From positions 1 to 32,038 of IMG/VR virus record IMGVR_UViG_3300020161_001601: a stretch of 32,038 bases of DNA; one strand, written 5' to 3'. Every line of letters begins with the position of its first letter. Position 1 is the first letter of the stretch. Shown piece by piece: positions 29,701 to 32,038 of this stretch. This DNA is from a virus. Taxonomy: Duplodnaviria; Caudoviricetes. A program made the position numbers and the translations under genes. The notes beneath the pieces were generated by a model. That model had not been told where the DNA came from, made no database searches, and was given only the letters and a program-made list of their open reading frames with translations.

Positions 29701-30945
29701 ACGATTAATACTGGATCTTCTATTAATAGAATAGTAGCGTCTGAAGATGGTGATATTTATCTTTTTAAAGGGGAGTATACTTTTTATAGAAATGGTTTTA
29801 TTTATGGAACGAATGATGATAAAAATTTATATTCATATTCAATATCTTTAAGCTCATTATCTAATATAATAACTACAAGTTCTAAAATATTATCATACAA
29901 TATAGATAAAGATAATAATTTTTATTACATTTGCACCAATGATGGTAAATTGAATTTATACGATACGAAATATAATCAATTAAAACAAATTATACCACTT
30001 TCTGGTACAGATAGTAAAACGGTATCTGCTTTTGATTTATCTTTTTGTGAAAATTTCGAATATGGTAAATACACATTGAAAAAACAATTATTTTGTAAAA
30101 AATCTGATAGTAAAACTTTTATAATAGAATTGGATGAAAATAACAATCAAAAGATAATAGATCTAGATGGTAATTATGATAAAATTCAGAATAGTTTAAA
30201 TGCCACAAGTTACAATTTTAATAAAGCATATTTGAGCAAATATAAAGACTACACTTATAATTTTAAAGCGAAACTTTTGAATAAGATTAATGCTGAAGAT
30301 TGTATAGAACTCGATTTCATATTAAACGGGTATGATATCACGCCAGGCTTGAGACATTTTTGTTTTTCAATAAATCCTTTGAATGGTGTAGCTGATTTTT
30401 ACTTGGATGGTAAATTATATGAAAGAAAGACTTTTAAAGATAAAAAATATTCTTTAAGTCAAACTTTCAAAGGAAGAATATTTTATGGATGTGATAATTA
30501 TTTTAACGGAATTCCATTATTTAAATATTTTAAAGATGTGAGTAATTACACTTGTAGTAATTTTAATATAAAAGAAATAAACATTTTAAACAAATATTTG
30601 GATAGATTTCAAGTTTTATATTTTTATAATATGGTATATCCATCCAATCATTTAAAATATAATATGCCATCTGGAACTAGAAGCTTCATAGATACTATGG
30701 ATAAAACCTTTGATTTTGGTTTACCTTTATATAAATCAAATGTTTTTAATTTAAAAATATTTAATAGTGGAATATTTTCTGAAAAAACAAGAATAGAAAT
30801 GGAAAATTATATTAGAGAAAAATTGGATAATTATTTACCATATTACACTGAATTGAAAACTTTTAAATGGATAGATACAGTTTCTAAACCAGTTTACTTG
30901 GAGGGAGATTATAACGTTTCTAATACGTTAACTGATATATTATGA
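26740..30945 (+). CDS. 1401-aa virion structural protein with an Asp-box/BNR-type propeller and a LamG-like domain
   Basis: Seven ~42-aa repeats (e.g. WASVTFGEDKFVAI...YSNDGGLNW; ~27020-27865). LamG-like strands ATFSFFLEK and RHFCFSI...ADFYLDGKL...IFYG...IKEINILNKYL. Confidence 0.65.
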   Translation: MLTRFISDRSYETLDLEYKEDSNVKFENTRIGVDGNMDFTKVPSLKNARDLKINNYVLNILTKNDHLKENVFLIQNNKFTNKICYIYSLHSSNSNNWESYSSPATSSDWMDIVKGDGNVVMLRSNSSKAYILPKNSKTWIEKDLSLNTTWKSLIYGKGLFVALSQDIDANPKVAISEDDGLTWTMDGINNPFGRFDCLTFGKNLFLTIKKDSNQVFSSIDGFNWNLYAYMPFYSSWASVTFGEDKFVAISSNSNLASYSNDGGLNWHSSEISSDISISPKSVIYGEHRFVAILNGTSDKVFYSEDGVNWKESYLPNSATLDSIVYGKDKFIISETSSTNGYYSYDAIIWYKFTYPTSTTTIRKLGYGFDEYISCGRNAQFNYLKDDYGEKYWNFSTNFVSVSTTENYFTQNNILEIDFLNESKCQISHYENEIKYYLVYSPSLSGLKFVSEKSNNFELYNKDFNYNLKSNEIILYTNTQLGIFSLYRSIDGRLLLNKTDNFKKINNFYIKKIKEPNAINCANNWVSYEDTYNKNNINVENDRSYLNISNNFLLTAPINNILSSLPVNMLSLKNQLNQNNEQSRGNVFLNENETNIKEYESIFTGGYRELGYDKINLGYSIYTNQFEFKSGKTTYFHVPHNIYPYEILNINSSKLAECGAIGGNTPLNSDKIWKKLKNYKDTTPYSYPQEELTGQWLCTWLSAGNEDTRPIWVDRYYKPSKVTKFEALSSTALEILYQDSFNCLDLKENISDVKSSMTFEKGSYYAYMHLGKRDYEQLIEESLSDKIYYNKLNDYQNTKFQDLDVDARTYILNGRTFGYIDSNNEYEHNIATFSFFLEKDDWTIPSGNQIFGNYTNNGFGFYNYSHTTPYSIFKINDTTLQIFNNDFKKINQISTDNLSLCAIAGISRRNGLENIHVITKDFRLIEFDLKGTIVDSNSAMGEVIPLKRNSDSIYSITNDNNNCYVYTNKGLVSINLLSNVITSKNIKSTINTGSSINRIVASEDGDIYLFKGEYTFYRNGFIYGTNDDKNLYSYSISLSSLSNIITTSSKILSYNIDKDNNFYYICTNDGKLNLYDTKYNQLKQIIPLSGTDSKTVSAFDLSFCENFEYGKYTLKKQLFCKKSDSKTFIIELDENNNQKIIDLDGNYDKIQNSLNATSYNFNKAYLSKYKDYTYNFKAKLLNKINAEDCIELDFILNGYDITPGLRHFCFSINPLNGVADFYLDGKLYERKTFKDKKYSLSQTFKGRIFYGCDNYFNGIPLFKYFKDVSNYTCSNFNIKEINILNKYLDRFQVLYFYNMVYPSNHLKYNMPSGTRSFIDTMDKTFDFGLPLYKSNVFNLKIFNSGIFSEKTRIEMENYIREKLDNYLPYYTELKTFKWIDTVSKPVYLEGDYNVSNTLTDIL

Positions 30946-32038
30946 TAACAATTTCTTCAGAATTCGAAAAGAGCGTTTTTGATTATGATAAGACGATTGA
31001 TGTTCTAGACGTTTTACCTTATAGTGAAAATCAAATAACAATACAACCTAACGAATTATCTTATCATAGAACAATAAATTTTAAATTGTCACATCTTTAT
31101 GATAATTTTATGTATTTGTATAGTAGGTGTTCTATACCAAATTATGTAATACCTACAACTTTTAATGGTTTTATAGGAGTTACTGGAACTAAAGTTGGTA
31201 TATACAACAATACTACAAATTCTGATGATTTTTCAGCTGCCAATTTCAAACCATTAGACTTCGCACAAAATGGTGTAGTTTATAGAAATGATAATATGTT
31301 TTATCTGTTTGTAAATTGCATATCAGCTATCACTGTATTGAGACATGATTATGACACAACTTTTTGTCAAGTTTGCCCAAATATTATAACATTGGTCGAT
31401 GCATTATCTGGAGAATTAACATTTCAAAAAATAAATTCAATTTCAATATTGGATGATAGATACTTGTGCATATCCGATGAAAAATTAGATGTTGTTTTTA
31501 AATATGATCTGTTGTCATATTTCTCAAATGAGAATATTTTTAAAAACACATCTTCTCCTTTTAATAATAGATTGTTTTTATTAGATATATTGGGAGGTCA
31601 GGGTGGTAGATACGACAGCATACGTTTTGAAAAACCTAAAAAAATCCCAACATATAGGAACACTATATTAGTGGAAGATTTTGATAATAAAATATTTAAA
31701 TTTTATAATTCAAATTTTAATTTTTTATTTTATGAAACTAATATAAGCTTGTATAAATCAATATCATCTTTCAATTCTTTAAAATTAAAAAATGAAAATG
31801 AAATTTATGGAATAGTTGATAAGGGATATTACACATTTAATTTGTCATTAATAGATGAAAAAATGACATTGAATGATTTCGCGTCATTATCTTCCATATT
31901 GGAATCTGATGAGAAAATAATAGATATGAATTTTTCAAATTATGAAAAAGATATCGTCTATGTGTTAACGAATAAAAGTCTGATAAAAAAATGGGATAGT
32001 AAAATGTCAAAATCTATAGGTAGGAAAAAAGCTGTTGA
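30942..32038 (+). CDS. 3'-truncated structural protein with NHL-like repeats (absent from the ORF track)
   Basis: ATG 30942 overlaps the upstream TGA (ATGA). The frame is open to the window end: MITISSEFEKSVFDYDKTID...GGQGGRYDSIRFEKPKKI...ILVEDFDNKIFKFYNSNFNFL. Confidence 0.85.
   Translation, partial: MITISSEFEKSVFDYDKTIDVLDVLPYSENQITIQPNELSYHRTINFKLSHLYDNFMYLYSRCSIPNYVIPTTFNGFIGVTGTKVGIYNNTTNSDDFSAANFKPLDFAQNGVVYRNDNMFYLFVNCISAITVLRHDYDTTFCQVCPNIITLVDALSGELTFQKINSISILDDRYLCISDEKLDVVFKYDLLSYFSNENIFKNTSSPFNNRLFLLDILGGQGGRYDSIRFEKPKKIPTYRNTILVEDFDNKIFKFYNSNFNFLFYETNISLYKSISSFNSLKLKNENEIYGIVDKGYYTFNLSLIDEKMTLNDFASLSSILESDEKIIDMNFSNYEKDIVYVLTNKSLIKKWDSKMSKSIGRKKAV

Noticed and set aside
1-32038. 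Stop-codon reassignment (alternative genetic code)
   Set aside because: Standard code 11 gives full-length, tightly packed genes, and TAA, TGA and one TAG all end genes at sensible positions.

Overview
This very AT-rich, gene-dense window comes from a large T4-like (myovirus, probably jumbo-class) bacteriophage genome. It holds a contractile-tail baseplate module: an acidic 13-aa-repeat protein in the tape-measure position, gp48/54-like, gp53-like, hub/gp27-like, gp25, gp6 and gp7-like genes. A small island interrupts the module, carrying a possible terminase small subunit, dUTPase, the clamp-loader ATPase, a possible internal head protein and a SAM methyltransferase. About 19 kb of very large modular virion-accessory genes follow, built from PKD, InlB-B-like, L-type lectin/LamG, FG-GAP, Asp-box and NHL propeller modules and Pro/Thr linkers. 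The first and last genes run off the window edges. Notable patterns: (1) a conserved TAAATAWT late-promoter-like motif, often 5-8 nt before start codons; (2) a shared ~50-aa 'GAPY' module in two otherwise unrelated proteins; (3) an excess of [LVI]-S-A tripeptides confined to the distal structural proteins; (4) a recent 153-bp tandem duplication whose differences are almost all non-synonymous. No rRNA, tRNA, CRISPR array, integrase or reverse transcriptase was recognised. All family calls come from reading motifs by eye, not from database searches.
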